Shown: positions 26,634 to 37,664 of the stretch, one piece after another | Numbering within the stretch: the first letter of the stretch is position 1 | How the letters are laid out: every line of letters starts with the position of its first letter | Origin: an uncultured Oscillospiraceae bacterium | Lineage (GTDB): Bacteria; Bacillota; Clostridia; Oscillospirales; Oscillospiraceae | Direction of reading: 5' to 3' | NCBI GenBank assembly: GCA_934589675.1 | Contig: CAKTOF010000003.1 | Span: 6,865-70,864 of the forward strand | Length of the DNA stretch: 64,000 nt | Translations under genes and position numbers: made by a program | The notes under the pieces: generated by a model | What the model was told of the DNA's origin: nothing | What the model saw: the letters and a program-made list of their open reading frames with translations, nothing else | The model's database searches: none

Positions 26634-29060
26634 ATGAGTGAGACTCTCAAAAGCAGCTGCCTGCCGATCCTCGCGCTCCGCGGCATGACGGTGTTTCCCG
26701 GCGTTATGGCGCATTTTGACGTCGGCCGGGAGAAGTCCGTCCGCGCCATCGACGAGGCCATGAGCGGCGACCAGCTTATTTTCATGATCGCCCAGCAGGA
26801 GCTGCTTGACGACGACCCGAAGCCCGCGCGGCTGTGCCGCACCGGAACGGTCGCCTACATCAAGCAGATCCTCAGAATGCCGGGCGACGTCGTGCGCATT
26901 TTGGTCGAGGGCCGCTACCGCGCGACGATCGGCAGCATTTTGCAGTCGACGCCGTACTTTTACGGCCGCGTCGAGCCTGCGCCGGATGTTCCGGTCGCCG
27001 AGCCGGAGCGTGCGGAGGCACTGCTGCGCACGGTCCGTCAGCTGTTCGATCAGTACAGCGAGCTCTCGCCCAAGCCGATGCCGGACGTGCTGCTGTCGCT
27101 GCTTGCCTCGCGCGAGCCGGGCTACATTGCCGACGCGGTCGCCAGCAGCGCGACCATCGACTTCCGCGATAAGCAGGCCGTGCTCGAGGAGCTGGATCCC
27201 GTCCGCCGGCTCGAGCTTGTTGTGCAGCTGCTCGAACGCGAGATCGAGGTGCTGCGCTATGCATCCGAGATCGACGAGCAGGTGCGCGAGAACCTCTCGG
27301 AGAATCAGAAGGAATACTATCTGCGCGAGCAGCTGCGCGTCATCCGCGGCGAGCTCGGCGAGGACGACGACGAGGCAGAGATCGCGCAGTATGAGAAGAA
27401 GATCCGCGCGCTCGAGCTTCCGGAGCAGACGGAGGAGCGCCTGCTCAAGGAGACGGCGCGCCTTGCCAAGCAGCCGGCCGGATCCTCCGAGGCTGCCGTT
27501 ATCCGCAATTATCTCGACGTGTGCCTTGAGCTTCCGTGGAATACCCGCACGAAGGAGCGCGCCGACGTGGCGCAGGCACGCCGCATTTTAGACCGCGACC
27601 ATTTCGGCCTTGAGAAGGTCAAAGAGCGCATCCTCGAGTCCATCGCCGTCCGCCAGATATCGCCGGACTATCCGGGGCAGATCCTCTGCCTCGTCGGCCC
27701 GCCCGGCGTCGGCAAGACGTCCATCGCGCTCAGCGTAGCCAGCTGCTTAAACCGCAAGCTCGCGCGCATTTCGCTCGGCGGCGTCCACGACGAGGCCGAC
27801 ATCCGCGGCCACCGCAAGACGTACATCGGCGCCATGCCCGGCCGCATCATTGAAGGCGTCCGTCAGGCCGGCGCGAAAAACGCGCTGCTCGTGCTCGACG
27901 AGATCGACAAGATGGGCACGGACTACCGCGGCGACCCGTCGAGCGCGCTGCTCGAGGTGCTCGACTCCGAGCAGAACAGCGCGTTCCGCGACCACTTTAT
28001 CGAGGTGCCGTTCGACCTGTCCGAGTGCATGTTCATCACAACGGCCAACACGACCGACACCATTCCGTGCCCGCTGCTCGACCGCATGGAGATCATTGAG
28101 CTCGGCTCATATACCGACGAGGAAAAGCTCCAGATCGCCAAGCGCCACCTCCTGCCGCGCCAGATCGAGCGCCACGGCCTGACCAAGGCGCAGCTTCGCG
28201 TCGGCGATGCGGCGCTGCGCGAGATCATCACGGGCTACACGCGCGAGTCCGGCGTCCGCAACTTAGAGCGCGAGCTGGCCGCCATCTGCCGCAAAGCCGC
28301 CATGCGCTTTGCCTCAGACAAGACGCTCACGCGTGTGAGCGTGCGCGCGGGCGAGCTGGAGGAGTACCTCGGCGTGCGCAAATTCGAGCAGCAGACGTGC
28401 GGCAGGAAAAACGAGGTCGGCCTCGTGACCGGTCTTGCATGGACGGCCGTCGGCGGAACGGTGCTGGAGGTCGAGGCAAACGTCATGGACGGCTCCGGCA
28501 AGCTGATCCTGACGGGCAACCTCGGAAAGGTCATGGAGGAGTCGGCCAGCGCCGCGATGAGCTACATCCGCACGCGCGCCGCGAAATACAACATTCCCGA
28601 GGACTTTTACAAGACAAAGGACATCCACATCCACTTCCCGGAGGGCGCCGTTCCGAAGGACGGCCCGTCGGCCGGCGTGACGGTCTGCACGGCCATGGTC
28701 TCCGCACTCTCGGGTGCGCCGGTGCGCGCGGACGTCGCCATGACGGGCGAGATCTCCATCCGCGGCCGCGTGCTGCCCATCGGCGGCCTGAAGGAAAAGA
28801 CGATGGCCGCGCTGCGCCACGGCGTACATACCGTCATCATCCCAAAGGAGAACGAGCCGGACCTTGCTGAGATCGACCAGACGGTGCGCGCCTCGCTGGA
28901 ATTTTTGCCGGTGTCACACGCCGACGAAGTGCTTGCGGCCGCGCTGGACTTTTCCGCGTGCCGATCGCACCGCGCCGAGCAGCCGTCCGAGCCGATTCCC
29001 GAGCTCGCCGTCCCGCATCCGAAAAAAACCGTGCGCAAGTCCGGAACGCTGCGCCAGTAA
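26634..29060 (+). CDS. lon: Endopeptidase La (Lon protease)
   Basis: [18 protein letters not shown]-domain, Walker [10 protein letters not shown], proteolytic PKDGPSAG serine motif. ATG 26634 chosen. Confidence 0.96.
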   Translation: MSETLKSSCLPILALRGMTVFPGVMAHFDVGREKSVRAIDEAMSGDQLIFMIAQQELLDDDPKPARLCRTGTVAYIKQILRMPGDVVRILVEGRYRATIGSILQSTPYFYGRVEPAPDVPVAEPERAEALLRTVRQLFDQYSELSPKPMPDVLLSLLASREPGYIADAVASSATIDFRDKQAVLEELDPVRRLELVVQLLEREIEVLRYASEIDEQVRENLSENQKEYYLREQLRVIRGELGEDDDEAEIAQYEKKIRALELPEQTEERLLKETARLAKQPAGSSEAAVIRNYLDVCLELPWNTRTKERADVAQARRILDRDHFGLEKVKERILESIAVRQISPDYPGQILCLVGPPGVGKTSIALSVASCLNRKLARISLGGVHDEADIRGHRKTYIGAMPGRIIEGVRQAGAKNALLVLDEIDKMGTDYRGDPSSALLEVLDSEQNSAFRDHFIEVPFDLSECMFITTANTTDTIPCPLLDRMEIIELGSYTDEEKLQIAKRHLLPRQIERHGLTKAQLRVGDAALREIITGYTRESGVRNLERELAAICRKAAMRFASDKTLTRVSVRAGELEEYLGVRKFEQQTCGRKNEVGLVTGLAWTAVGGTVLEVEANVMDGSGKLILTGNLGKVMEESASAAMSYIRTRAAKYNIPEDFYKTKDIHIHFPEGAVPKDGPSAGVTVCTAMVSALSGAPVRADVAMTGEISIRGRVLPIGGLKEKTMAALRHGVHTVIIPKENEPDLAEIDQTVRASLEFLPVSHADEVLAAALDFSACRSHRAEQPSEPIPELAVPHPKKTVRKSGTLRQ

Positions 29061-29069
29061 GGAGACGCC

Positions 29070-29663
29070 ATGGCCAATTTTCAGAATGTATCGTTCGTGA
29101 CATCGTGCGCGTCGAATGACGCCATGGTGCGCGACGGGCGGCCGCAGATCGTATTTGCCGGCCGCTCAAACGTCGGCAAATCGTCGGTGATCAACTGCCT
29201 GCTGCGCCGCAAAAATTTCGCGCGCGTCGGCAGCCAGCCGGGCAAGACGGTGCACATCAACTATTTCAACGTCGACGATCAGCTCTATCTCGTCGACCTG
29301 CCCGGCTACGGCTACGCGCAGGTCTCACAGGCCGAGCGCGCCCGCTGGGGCCGCCTCATCGAGGATTATTTCGCCGCCGGGCTCATCACCTACGGCGTCA
29401 TGATCGTCGACGCGCGCCACAAGCCGACGGCCAACGACCTGACGATGGCCGAGTATTTCCTGAACACGGGCGCGCCGTTTATCGTTGTGGCCAACAAGCT
29501 CGACAAGCTCAAAAAAAGCGAGATCGAGCCGAACCTCGCGCTCATCCGCAGTACGCTCGGCCTGCCAAGCGGCGTTGCCGTGCTGCCGTTTTCGGCCGAG
29601 AAGGGGACAGGACGCGACAAGCTCCTGCGCGCCATCCTGACCGCGAGCGAGCCGCAGGCCTGA
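29070..29663 (+). CDS. engB: Ribosome biogenesis GTP-binding protein YihA/EngB
   Basis: GRSNVGKSS G1, DLPGYGY G3, NKLDK G4. Confidence 0.92.
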   Translation: MANFQNVSFVTSCASNDAMVRDGRPQIVFAGRSNVGKSSVINCLLRRKNFARVGSQPGKTVHINYFNVDDQLYLVDLPGYGYAQVSQAERARWGRLIEDYFAAGLITYGVMIVDARHKPTANDLTMAEYFLNTGAPFIVVANKLDKLKKSEIEPNLALIRSTLGLPSGVAVLPFSAEKGTGRDKLLRAILTASEPQA

Positions 29664-29722
29664 CGCCTTGCGCCCCGTGCGGCAGTGTGCTATAATTTTT
29701 CAGGCAGAAAGGAGCGGCGCAT

Positions 29723-30415
29723 ATGTTTTCGTTTATGGGCTGGCTGCGGCAGCTTGATTTTTCGTCCATCTGGTCCACGGCGCTCATTGTCTGCGCGTCG
29801 CTTCTGTGCATCACGTTCCATGAGACGTGCCACGGCTTCGCCGCGTGGAAGCTCGGCGACCCGACGGCGAAAAACGCCGGCCGCCTGACGCTCAACCCCA
29901 TCCGCCATGTCGACTGGGCCGGCCTTATCATGATGGCCATCTTCAAATTCGGCTGGGCCAAGCCTGTGCCGATCGACGTGCGCAATTTCCGCCACCCCAA
30001 GCGCGATACGGCCATCACAGCCGCGGCCGGGCCGCTCTCGAACGTGCTTTTGGCCTATGTCGCGCTGCTTATCCGCAGCGTGCTGCTGTATTTTTATGCA
30101 ACACGGCGCGTCGGGGCGCTCAGCTATGTCATCACGTTTTTTGAGTACATCGCCATCATCAGCGCCGGCCTTGCCGTGTTCAACATCATCCCGATCCCGC
30201 CGCTTGACGGCGCGAAGGTCGTCTATGCGTTCCTGCCCGACCGCGCGTATGCCAAAGCGATGGTGTACGAGCGCTATGGCATGATCCTGCTGATGGTCGT
30301 GCTGTTCACAGGCGCGCTCGATGTGCCGCTCGACTTTCTGCGCGGCGGCCTGCTGGACGGGCTGAGCCGGGCGGCGTGGTTCCCGTTCCGCATCCTGACG
30401 AATCTGAAAGTGTAG
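29723..30415 (+). CDS. Site-2 protease family (peptidase M50) membrane protein
   Basis: HETCHG (HExxH) and FNIIPIPPLDG (NxxPxxxLDG) motifs; multi-TM. Confidence 0.8.
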   Translation: MFSFMGWLRQLDFSSIWSTALIVCASLLCITFHETCHGFAAWKLGDPTAKNAGRLTLNPIRHVDWAGLIMMAIFKFGWAKPVPIDVRNFRHPKRDTAITAAAGPLSNVLLAYVALLIRSVLLYFYATRRVGALSYVITFFEYIAIISAGLAVFNIIPIPPLDGAKVVYAFLPDRAYAKAMVYERYGMILLMVVLFTGALDVPLDFLRGGLLDGLSRAAWFPFRILTNLKV

Positions 30416-30421
30416 GTGCCC

Positions 30422-31219
30422 ATGGAAGAACCGAAATACCGCCTCGAGGGCGTCATCCGAAGCCAGGACGAGCTTGAGGACTTCGAGGGCCCGCTCGATG
30501 TGATCCTGCTGCTGCTCAGCAAGAACAAGATCGAGATCCGCGACATTCAGATCTCGTCCATTTTGGAGCAGTATCTGGCCTACATCGACGAAATGAAGCG
30601 GCTCGATCTTGAGATCGCGAGCGAGTTTGTCGCCATGGCGTCGCACCTCATGTACATCAAGAGCAAAATGCTCCTGTCCTACAGCGATCAGGAAGAGGCG
30701 CTCAGCGAGATGGAGATCCTCATCCGCTCTCTGGAAGAGCGCCGCCGTCAGGAGGCGTACAACCAGATCCGCGACGCGGCAAAGCAGCTTGAGCCGCGCT
30801 CGGCCATCGGCCTTAACCTGTTTACGAAGCCGCAGGAGCCGGCGCCGCGTCAGATGTGCTACCGCTACGAGCACGACCCGGCCGACCTCACGGCGGCGTT
30901 TGCGCGCATGAGCGCGCGCAGCGAGCGGCAGCTCCCGCCGCCGGTTGCCGCGTTTGCCGGCATCGTCGGGCGCGAGCCGTACCCCGTGACCAAGAAAGCG
31001 GCGCAGATCCTCTCGCGCCTATTGAAGGCCGGCGTGACGAAATTCCGCAGCCTGTTCTCCGGCAGCCGAACGCGCAGCGAGATCGTTGCAACGTTTATGG
31101 CGGTGCTGGAGCTGTGCCGGCTGAGCTCCGTCCGCGTTGACGCAAATGAGCGCGGCGAGATGGCCGTGACATACCTAAAAATGCCGGAGGAATCCGCGCT
31201 GCCGCAGCAGGAGGAATGA
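30422..31219 (+). CDS. scpA: Segregation and condensation protein A
   Basis: FEGPLDVILLLLSKNKIEIRDI... typical ScpA. ATG 30422; GTG 30416 is an alternative start. Confidence 0.88.
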   Translation: MEEPKYRLEGVIRSQDELEDFEGPLDVILLLLSKNKIEIRDIQISSILEQYLAYIDEMKRLDLEIASEFVAMASHLMYIKSKMLLSYSDQEEALSEMEILIRSLEERRRQEAYNQIRDAAKQLEPRSAIGLNLFTKPQEPAPRQMCYRYEHDPADLTAAFARMSARSERQLPPPVAAFAGIVGREPYPVTKKAAQILSRLLKAGVTKFRSLFSGSRTRSEIVATFMAVLELCRLSSVRVDANERGEMAVTYLKMPEESALPQQEE

Positions 31220-31222
31220 GCG

Positions 31223-31831
31223 ATGGAGTATACGGAGCTTGACCGGGCCGTGGAAGCCATCCTGTTCGCAGCCGGCGAGCCGATCGCGTGCGCGCGCATG
31301 GCCGCAGCGCTCGACGAGACGGCTGAGGCGGTGAACAGCTCGGCGCAGCGGCTGATGGACGCATACGCCTTTGACCGCCGCGGCGTGCGCATCGTGCACC
31401 TTGACGATGCGTGGCAGATGTGCTCGTCCGGCGAATTTGCCGACGCCGTCGCCCGCGCGCTTGAGACGCGAAAGCCGCCGCGGCTTTCGCAGTCGCTGCT
31501 CGAAACGCTGACCGTCGTGGCCTATTATCAGCCCGTCACAAAAACATATGTGGAGCAGATCCGCGGCGTGGACAGCTCGTATTCCATGACGGCGCTCCAA
31601 AACCGCCAGCTCATCGAAGAGTGCGGGCGCCTCAACGTGCCCGGCCGGCCGATCCTGTACAGAACGACGCCGGACTTTCTTCGCACGTTCGGCCTGCAGT
31701 CGCTCGACGAGCTGCCCGAGATCGAGCGCATGACGCTTGAGGTCCGTCCGGAGGAGGCCGAGGCCATGATCGTGAAAGACGGCGAGGAGGCCCCGGCAGA
31801 GGCAAAGACCCCGGCGGAGACGGAAGCATGA
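31223..31831 (+). CDS. scpB: Segregation and condensation protein B
   Basis: VEAILFAAGEPI...LSQSLLETLTVVAYYQPVTKTYVEQIRGVDS...GRPILYRTT. Confidence 0.9.
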   Translation: MEYTELDRAVEAILFAAGEPIACARMAAALDETAEAVNSSAQRLMDAYAFDRRGVRIVHLDDAWQMCSSGEFADAVARALETRKPPRLSQSLLETLTVVAYYQPVTKTYVEQIRGVDSSYSMTALQNRQLIEECGRLNVPGRPILYRTTPDFLRTFGLQSLDELPEIERMTLEVRPEEAEAMIVKDGEEAPAEAKTPAETEA

Positions 31832-32460
31832 CCGCGCTCGCCATCGTCTTCGCCGTTTTGGTGCTGATTGCGCTTTTGCCGGTCGGCGGTGCGGTCGAGT
31901 ACGGCGAGGACGGGCTTTCGGCGCATCTTGTCATCGGCCCGGCGCGCATTTTGCTCTATCCGCGGGCGAAAAAGCCGAAAAAGGAAAAGCGCGGGAAGCC
32001 GCCAAAGAAGAAAAGGCCGAAAAAGGGCAAGAAACAGCCGGAGGAAGCGGACGTCAAGGTCAAAAAGGGCGGCAAGTTTCCGATGCTCTGGGAGTTTTTG
32101 CAGCTCGGGCTTGGCTTTTTGGGCGAGATGCGGCGCAAGCTGCTCGTGCGGGAGCTGACGGTCTATTTCACCTACGGCGGCGCAGAGCCGGCCGAGACGG
32201 CCGTCCGCTACGGCAAGACTTGCGCGGCTGCGCACGCGGTCATGCCGCTTTTTGACCAGCTCTTCCGCGTCCGGAAGCAGGATGTCCGGATCATCTATGA
32301 CGCTGCGGCGACGGAGATCACGGTCTACGCCCGCGCGGCCATCACGATCCGCATCGGCCAGACAGCTGCGCTCGCAGTGCGCTACGGCGTGCGCGCGCTG
32401 AAAATTTTGCTTGCACAGCGGAAAAATAAAAATCAAGACGATAAGGCGGTGTCACAATGA
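31828..32460 (+). CDS. DUF2953 (YtfI-like) sporulation-associated protein
   Basis: N-terminal TM, lysine-rich KKPKKEKRGKPPKKKRPKKGKK segment, position directly upstream of ytfJ. Family call is from memory. Confidence 0.5.
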   Translation: MTALAIVFAVLVLIALLPVGGAVEYGEDGLSAHLVIGPARILLYPRAKKPKKEKRGKPPKKKRPKKGKKQPEEADVKVKKGGKFPMLWEFLQLGLGFLGEMRRKLLVRELTVYFTYGGAEPAETAVRYGKTCAAAHAVMPLFDQLFRVRKQDVRIIYDAAATEITVYARAAITIRIGQTAALAVRYGVRALKILLAQRKNKNQDDKAVSQ

Positions 32461-32894
32461 GCAGCACTCTTTCTGATTTCATGGGAACCAATATGGAAAA
32501 GGTCAAGGCCATGGTCGATGCGAACATGGTCATCGGCGACCCAATCACAACGCCGGACGGCGTGACGATCCTGCCGATCTGCCGCATCAACATCGGCATC
32601 GGCGGCGGCGGGACGGAGATCCCCGGGAAGAACCTGCCTGCGGGCGGCTACCCGTTCGGCGGCGGCTCCGGCGCGGGCGTCACAGTGACGCCGCTGGCGT
32701 TTCTCATCACGAAAAACGGCTCGGTGCGCATGCTCCCGGTCGCGGAGCCGGCAAGCTCTGCGCTCGACCGCATCATCGAGAACATCCCAGATCTCATCGA
32801 CCGCATCATGGGCTATGTGAACGAGGCAAAGGCGAAAAAGGCCGCCGCGCCCGAGGCGGACGTGACGATCGTCGCTGACGTTTCCGAAAATTAA
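32457..32894 (+). CDS. ytfJ: Sporulation protein YtfJ (GerW family)
   Basis: VIGDPITTPDGVTILPICRINIGIGGGG...PFGGGSGAGVTVTPLAFL. Confidence 0.85.
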   Translation: MSSTLSDFMGTNMEKVKAMVDANMVIGDPITTPDGVTILPICRINIGIGGGGTEIPGKNLPAGGYPFGGGSGAGVTVTPLAFLITKNGSVRMLPVAEPASSALDRIIENIPDLIDRIMGYVNEAKAKKAAAPEADVTIVADVSEN

Positions 32895-32942
32895 CGCGTA
32901 TCGCCCCACCCGCTGCAGCGCATACTGTGACGGGTGAGAAGC

Positions 32943-34034
32943 ATGAGATCAATCGCAGCTCGCATGGCGGCGGCAGTCGTTGCCGCCGCCGTTTTCCTGT
33001 CCGCTCCGGCGCTGGCCGCGCCGGATGTATCCGCGCAGTGCGCGCTGGTGCTCGACGGCTGCACAGGCCGCGTGCTCTATGAAAAATCGGCCGATACCCG
33101 CTCGCTCATTGCCAGCACGACAAAGATCATGACGGCGCTCGTCGTGCTCGAGTCATGCGACATAGACGCGCGCGTGCGCGTCCCGGAGAGCGCGTGCGGC
33201 ATCGAGGGCTCGTCGGTCTATCTGAGGCCCGGCGAGGTGCTCTCGGTGCGCGAGCTTCTGCTCGGACTGATGCTGCATTCCGGCAACGACGCGGCCATGG
33301 CGCTTGCGCTCTACTGCGGCGGAACAAGCGAAGCATTTGTGCGCCGGATGAATGAAAAGGCGGAGAAGCTCGGCCTGCGCAGCACGCATTTTGCCAATCC
33401 GCACGGCCTCGACGACGAGCAGAACTACTCCACGGCGCGCGATTTGGCCAGCCTTGCAGCCTATGCGCTCGAGCGGGAGGACTTCCGCGAGATCGTGTCC
33501 ACAAAGACTGCGATTGCGGCCGGACGGAGCCTGACCAACCATAACAAGCTGCTCTGGCGCGTCGACGGCGCGGTCGGCGTCAAGACGGGCTATACGCGCG
33601 CCGCCGGCCGCATCCTCGTCGGCGCGGCCGAGCGCGGCGGACGGCGGCTTGTGTGCGTGACGATCAACGCCCCGCACGACTGGGCCGATCAGGCGGCGCT
33701 GTTTGACTACGGCTTTTCGGCGTTTACGCAGCAGACGCTCGTCTCGGCCGGGGATACGGTCGCGTCCGTTCCTGTAATCTCAGGCGACCGCGGTCAGGTG
33801 CGCGCAGCGGCGGGGGAGCCGCTCGGCTATCCGCTCGCTGAAGGCGAGCAGGTAGAGACTGTGCTGCGCCTTCCGCGCTTTGTCTTTGCGCCCGTTATGC
33901 GCGGTGAGGCGGCGGGGACGGCGGAATACTATCTCGCAGGGCGCCGGATCGGCGCCGTGCCGCTATACTGGAGCGAGTCGGCCTTCAACGCGCCGGCGAA
34001 GCCGGGGCTGCTCCGGCGCATATTTGGATATTAG
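32943..34034 (+). CDS. D-alanyl-D-alanine carboxypeptidase (peptidase S11)
   Basis: Signal peptide, SxxK (ASTTK), SGN (HSGND), KTG (VKTGYT). ATG 32943; GTG 32934 is an alternative start. Confidence 0.88.
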   Translation: MRSIAARMAAAVVAAAVFLSAPALAAPDVSAQCALVLDGCTGRVLYEKSADTRSLIASTTKIMTALVVLESCDIDARVRVPESACGIEGSSVYLRPGEVLSVRELLLGLMLHSGNDAAMALALYCGGTSEAFVRRMNEKAEKLGLRSTHFANPHGLDDEQNYSTARDLASLAAYALEREDFREIVSTKTAIAAGRSLTNHNKLLWRVDGAVGVKTGYTRAAGRILVGAAERGGRRLVCVTINAPHDWADQAALFDYGFSAFTQQTLVSAGDTVASVPVISGDRGQVRAAAGEPLGYPLAEGEQVETVLRLPRFVFAPVMRGEAAGTAEYYLAGRRIGAVPLYWSESAFNAPAKPGLLRRIFGY

Positions 34035-34043
34035 GAGAAAACG

Positions 34044-34751
34044 ATGAAAGAGAGAATCCAGAAGATCCTGTCCGCGCGCGGGCTGTGCTCGCGCCGCGAG
34101 GCCGAGCGGTGGATCGAGGCCGGGCGCGTGAGCGTGAACGGCCGCACGGCCGCGCTCGGCGAGCAGGCCGATCCGGAGACGGATGAGATCGCGGTCGACG
34201 GCACGATGCTTCCGCGCCGGCCGAAAAAGCGCTATCTGATGCTCAACAAGCCGCGCGGCTATGTCACCACCTGCGCCGACGAGCGCGGCCGCAGAACCGT
34301 CATGGAGCTTGTCTCCGGCTGCGGCGCGCGCGTGTATCCCGTCGGGCGGCTCGACATGGACTCCGAGGGCCTGCTGCTGCTCACAAATGACGGCGACTTT
34401 GCCGAGCGCGTCATGCACCCGTCGCATGAGGTCAAAAAGACGTACTTACTGCGCGTGGGCGGCCTGACGGAAGAGAAGCTCGCGCTGCTCCGCCGACCCG
34501 TCGAGCTCGACGGCTACCGCATTGCCCCGCCGGAGATCGAGCGCGTCGTCGGCCACGGGACATCGTCCGACATCCGGATCGTCATCCATGAGGGAAGAAA
34601 CCGCCAGCTGCGCCGGATGTGCGAGATGGCCGGGCTGAGCGTCCTGCGCCTTACGCGCATCGCAGAAGGCCCGATCCAGCTCGGCGATCTTACCCCCGGA
34701 ACATGGCGCGAGCTGACAAATGAGGAGAAAAACGCCCTTATGGAGGGTTGA
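34044..34751 (+). CDS. rluB: Pseudouridine synthase, RsuA/RluB family
   Basis: S4 domain (RIQKILSARGLCSRREAERWIEAGRVSVNG) plus catalytic GRLDMDSEGLLLLTNDG. Confidence 0.9.
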   Translation: MKERIQKILSARGLCSRREAERWIEAGRVSVNGRTAALGEQADPETDEIAVDGTMLPRRPKKRYLMLNKPRGYVTTCADERGRRTVMELVSGCGARVYPVGRLDMDSEGLLLLTNDGDFAERVMHPSHEVKKTYLLRVGGLTEEKLALLRRPVELDGYRIAPPEIERVVGHGTSSDIRIVIHEGRNRQLRRMCEMAGLSVLRLTRIAEGPIQLGDLTPGTWRELTNEEKNALMEG

Positions 34752-34881
34752 CGCGGTAAAATAATGCCGCAAGTTATTCATATTCTTCTTGCAAAATCTG
34801 AAAAATAGAGTATGATAGAATCCTGAGTGGGCCGCGCGCTGCTCAATGCGCGTTTTTTCAGAGATACAAGGGGGATACGAC

Positions 34882-35745
34882 ATGGCGACAGACATTTTGG
34901 CGACCATCCAGGCGGGGATGGACGGCTTTTCCAAGGGGCAGAAGCTCATTGCCCGGTACATTCTTGAATCGTATGACAAGGCGGCCTTCATGACGGCCAG
35001 CAAGCTCGGAAAGACGGTGAACGTGTCGGAGTCGACCGTTGTCCGCTTCGCCGTCGAGATCGGCTACGACGGCTATCCGAGCATGCAGCGCGCCATGCAG
35101 GACATGATCCGCAACAAGCTCACGAGCGTGCAGCGCATCGAGGTCGCGCGCGACCGCATCGGCAATCAGGACATCATGAATATGGTGTTTCAGTCGGACA
35201 TCGAGAAGATCCGCATGACGCAGGAAGAGATCGACCGTGATGCATTCGAGGCGTCCGTCGAGGCCATTTTGAACGCCAAGCGCATCTATATTCTCGGCGT
35301 CCGCTCGTCGGCCGTCATCGCGCAGTTCATCGGCTTTTACTTCAACTATATGTTTGACAACGTCAAGCTCGTTGATACCTCGTCTGCCAGCGAAATGTTC
35401 GAGCAGATCGTCCGCGTCGGCCCGGGCGACGTCGTCATCGGCATCAGCTTCCCGCGCTACTCGGCGCGCACGATCAAGGCGCTTCGCTTCTGCCACGACA
35501 CGGGCGCGACGGTCGTTGCGCTTACCGACACGATGCAGTCGCCGATCGCCGAGATGGCAAACCATGTGCTCATCGCCAAGAGCGACATGGTCTCGCTCGT
35601 CGATACGCTTGTCGCGCCGCTGAGCCTTTGCAACGCGCTGCTCGTGTCCATCGGCAGCCGCAAGGAGGCGGAGCTGTCGAAGACGTTCACGCACCTTGAG
35701 GAAATCTGGGAAGAGTACGAGGTCTACGAAAAAGTTGAAATTTGA
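34882..35745 (+). CDS. MurR/RpiR family transcriptional regulator
   Basis: HTH_6 N-terminus (FSKGQKLIARYILESYDKAAFMTASKLGKTVNVSESTVVRFA) and a SIS domain. ATG 34882 after AAGGGGGA. Confidence 0.85.
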   Translation: MATDILATIQAGMDGFSKGQKLIARYILESYDKAAFMTASKLGKTVNVSESTVVRFAVEIGYDGYPSMQRAMQDMIRNKLTSVQRIEVARDRIGNQDIMNMVFQSDIEKIRMTQEEIDRDAFEASVEAILNAKRIYILGVRSSAVIAQFIGFYFNYMFDNVKLVDTSSASEMFEQIVRVGPGDVVIGISFPRYSARTIKALRFCHDTGATVVALTDTMQSPIAEMANHVLIAKSDMVSLVDTLVAPLSLCNALLVSIGSRKEAELSKTFTHLEEIWEEYEVYEKVEI

Positions 35746-36982
35746 TGTGATCGTGGTCGGCGGCGGCGCCGCGGGGATGTTCTCCGCCGGCACGGCCGCC
35801 GGCTTCGGTGCGCGTGTGGCGCTCATCGACCACGCCGACCGGCTCGGAAAAAAACTCAATATCACCGGCAAGGGGCGCTGCAACGTCACCAATGACTCCG
35901 GCCCCGACGAGGTGCTCAAGAACATCCCACACAACGGCCGGTTCCTCTTCAGCGCGCTCAACGGATTTCCGCCGGAGCGCGCGATGGAGTTTTTTGAGAG
36001 CCGCGGCGTCCGGCTGAAGGTCGAGCGCGGCAAGCGCGTCTTTCCGGAGAGCGACCGCGCCATGGACATCACCGCCGCGCTGGAGGGATTCCTTCGCAGC
36101 AGCGGCGTGAAGCTCCTGCGCGGAAGCGTGAAGTCACTGATCGTGGAAGACGGCGCGCTGCGCGGCGTCCGCACGGCGGAGGAGGAGATCGAGGCTCCGT
36201 GCGTCATCGTATGCACGGGCGGCTGCTCGTACCCGGCCACGGGGTCGGACGGCAGCGGCTACAAGCTCGCCGAGCAGGCCGGGCACACGATCATCCCGCC
36301 CGTCGGCTCGCTCGTGCCGCTGGAGGAAGACGGCTGCTTCTGCGCGCGGATGCAGGGGCTGTCGCTGCGCAATGTTGCCGTGAAGCTCACAGATGCGAAG
36401 AATAAGACGGTGTTTTCGGACTTCGGCGAGCTTTTGTTCACGCACTTTGGCCTGTCCGGCCCGACGATCCTGAGCGCGAGCGCACATATGAAGCAGGACA
36501 CGGGCCATACGGTTCACATTGATCTCAAGCCCGCGCTCGACGAGGCGGTGCTCGACGCAAGGCTCCTGCGTGAGTTTGAGCAGGCGCAGAACAAGAACGC
36601 GGCCAACGTGTTCGGCAGCCTCTATCCGCGCGCGCTCATCCCTGTCATGCTCGAGCGCAGCGGCATCGACGCGCAGACAAAGGCCAATTCCATCACGCGC
36701 CCGCAGCGCCGCGCGCTGCTTGCGCTGACGAAGGACTTCACCGTGTCCGTCGCCGGCCGCCGCCCTGTGCGCGAGGCCATCGTGACCCGCGGCGGCGTCA
36801 AAACGTCGGAGGTCGACCCGAAAACCATGGAGTCGAAGAAGCTCCCGGGGCTGTACTTTGCCGGCGAGGTGCTCGACGTGGACGCCTATACGGGCGGATT
36901 TAATTTACAGATCGCCTGGTCGACGGCCTTTTCCGCGGGAAACGCGGCGGGGCGCGCCGGGACGAAGCAGGAGTTGGATTGA
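35735..36982 (+). CDS. NAD(P)/FAD-dependent oxidoreductase, HI0933/YhiN (BaiN-like) family
   Basis: DVIVVGGGAAGMF dinucleotide fold, ITGKGRCNVTN, FAGEVLDVDAYTGGFNLQ C-terminus. Start uncertain (TTG 35735 or ATG 35696). Confidence 0.8.
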   Translation: MKFDVIVVGGGAAGMFSAGTAAGFGARVALIDHADRLGKKLNITGKGRCNVTNDSGPDEVLKNIPHNGRFLFSALNGFPPERAMEFFESRGVRLKVERGKRVFPESDRAMDITAALEGFLRSSGVKLLRGSVKSLIVEDGALRGVRTAEEEIEAPCVIVCTGGCSYPATGSDGSGYKLAEQAGHTIIPPVGSLVPLEEDGCFCARMQGLSLRNVAVKLTDAKNKTVFSDFGELLFTHFGLSGPTILSASAHMKQDTGHTVHIDLKPALDEAVLDARLLREFEQAQNKNAANVFGSLYPRALIPVMLERSGIDAQTKANSITRPQRRALLALTKDFTVSVAGRRPVREAIVTRGGVKTSEVDPKTMESKKLPGLYFAGEVLDVDAYTGGFNLQIAWSTAFSAGNAAGRAGTKQELD

Positions 36983-36984
36983 AA

Positions 36985-37662
36985 ATGAAACAGCATTTTT
37001 CCATTGCCATTGACGGCCCATCCGGGGCGGGAAAAAGCACGCTGGCCCGCCGCCTTGCGCGCGAGCTTGGCTGCTCCTATGTCGACACGGGCGCCATTTA
37101 CCGCACCGTGGCCTATCATTTTGCCATGCTCGGCATCGGCCCGAAGGACACGGACAACGTCCGCCGCTTTCTGCCGGACTGCGCCATCGAGATCGAGTTC
37201 CGGCCCGACGGCGTGCAGCATATGATCCTCAACGGCAAGGATGTCACGGACGAGCTGCGCACGCCTGAGGTCTCGGCTGCGGCGAGCGTCATTGCGGCGC
37301 AGCCGCTCGTGCGCGAATATCTGCTCGATATGCAGCGCGACCTCGCGCGGCGCTACAGCGTCGTCATGGACGGGCGCGACATCGGCACGGTCGTTCTGCC
37401 GGACGCGGACGTGAAGATCTACCTCACGGCCTCGGCCGAGGCGCGCGCGGAGCGCCGCCTGGCGGAGCTTCTGGAAAAGGGCGAAAAGACGACCTACAAG
37501 GCCGTCCTGGCCGATATGCGCGCGCGCGACGAGCGCGACGCGACGCGCGCCATCGCGCCGCTCAAAAAGGCGAAGGACGCTGTGGAGCTCGACACGACGG
37601 CGCTTACGCTCGACGAGTCGGCCGAGGCGCTCCGCAAGATCGTGGAAGGACGGTGCGGCTGA
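36985..37662 (+). CDS. cmk: Cytidylate kinase
   Basis: IAIDGPSGAGKST P-loop, DTGAIYR, DGRDIGTVV. ATG 36985; TTG 36979 is an alternative start. Confidence 0.93.
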   Translation: MKQHFSIAIDGPSGAGKSTLARRLARELGCSYVDTGAIYRTVAYHFAMLGIGPKDTDNVRRFLPDCAIEIEFRPDGVQHMILNGKDVTDELRTPEVSAAASVIAAQPLVREYLLDMQRDLARRYSVVMDGRDIGTVVLPDADVKIYLTASAEARAERRLAELLEKGEKTTYKAVLADMRARDERDATRAIAPLKKAKDAVELDTTALTLDESAEALRKIVEGRCG

Positions 37663-37664
37663 GC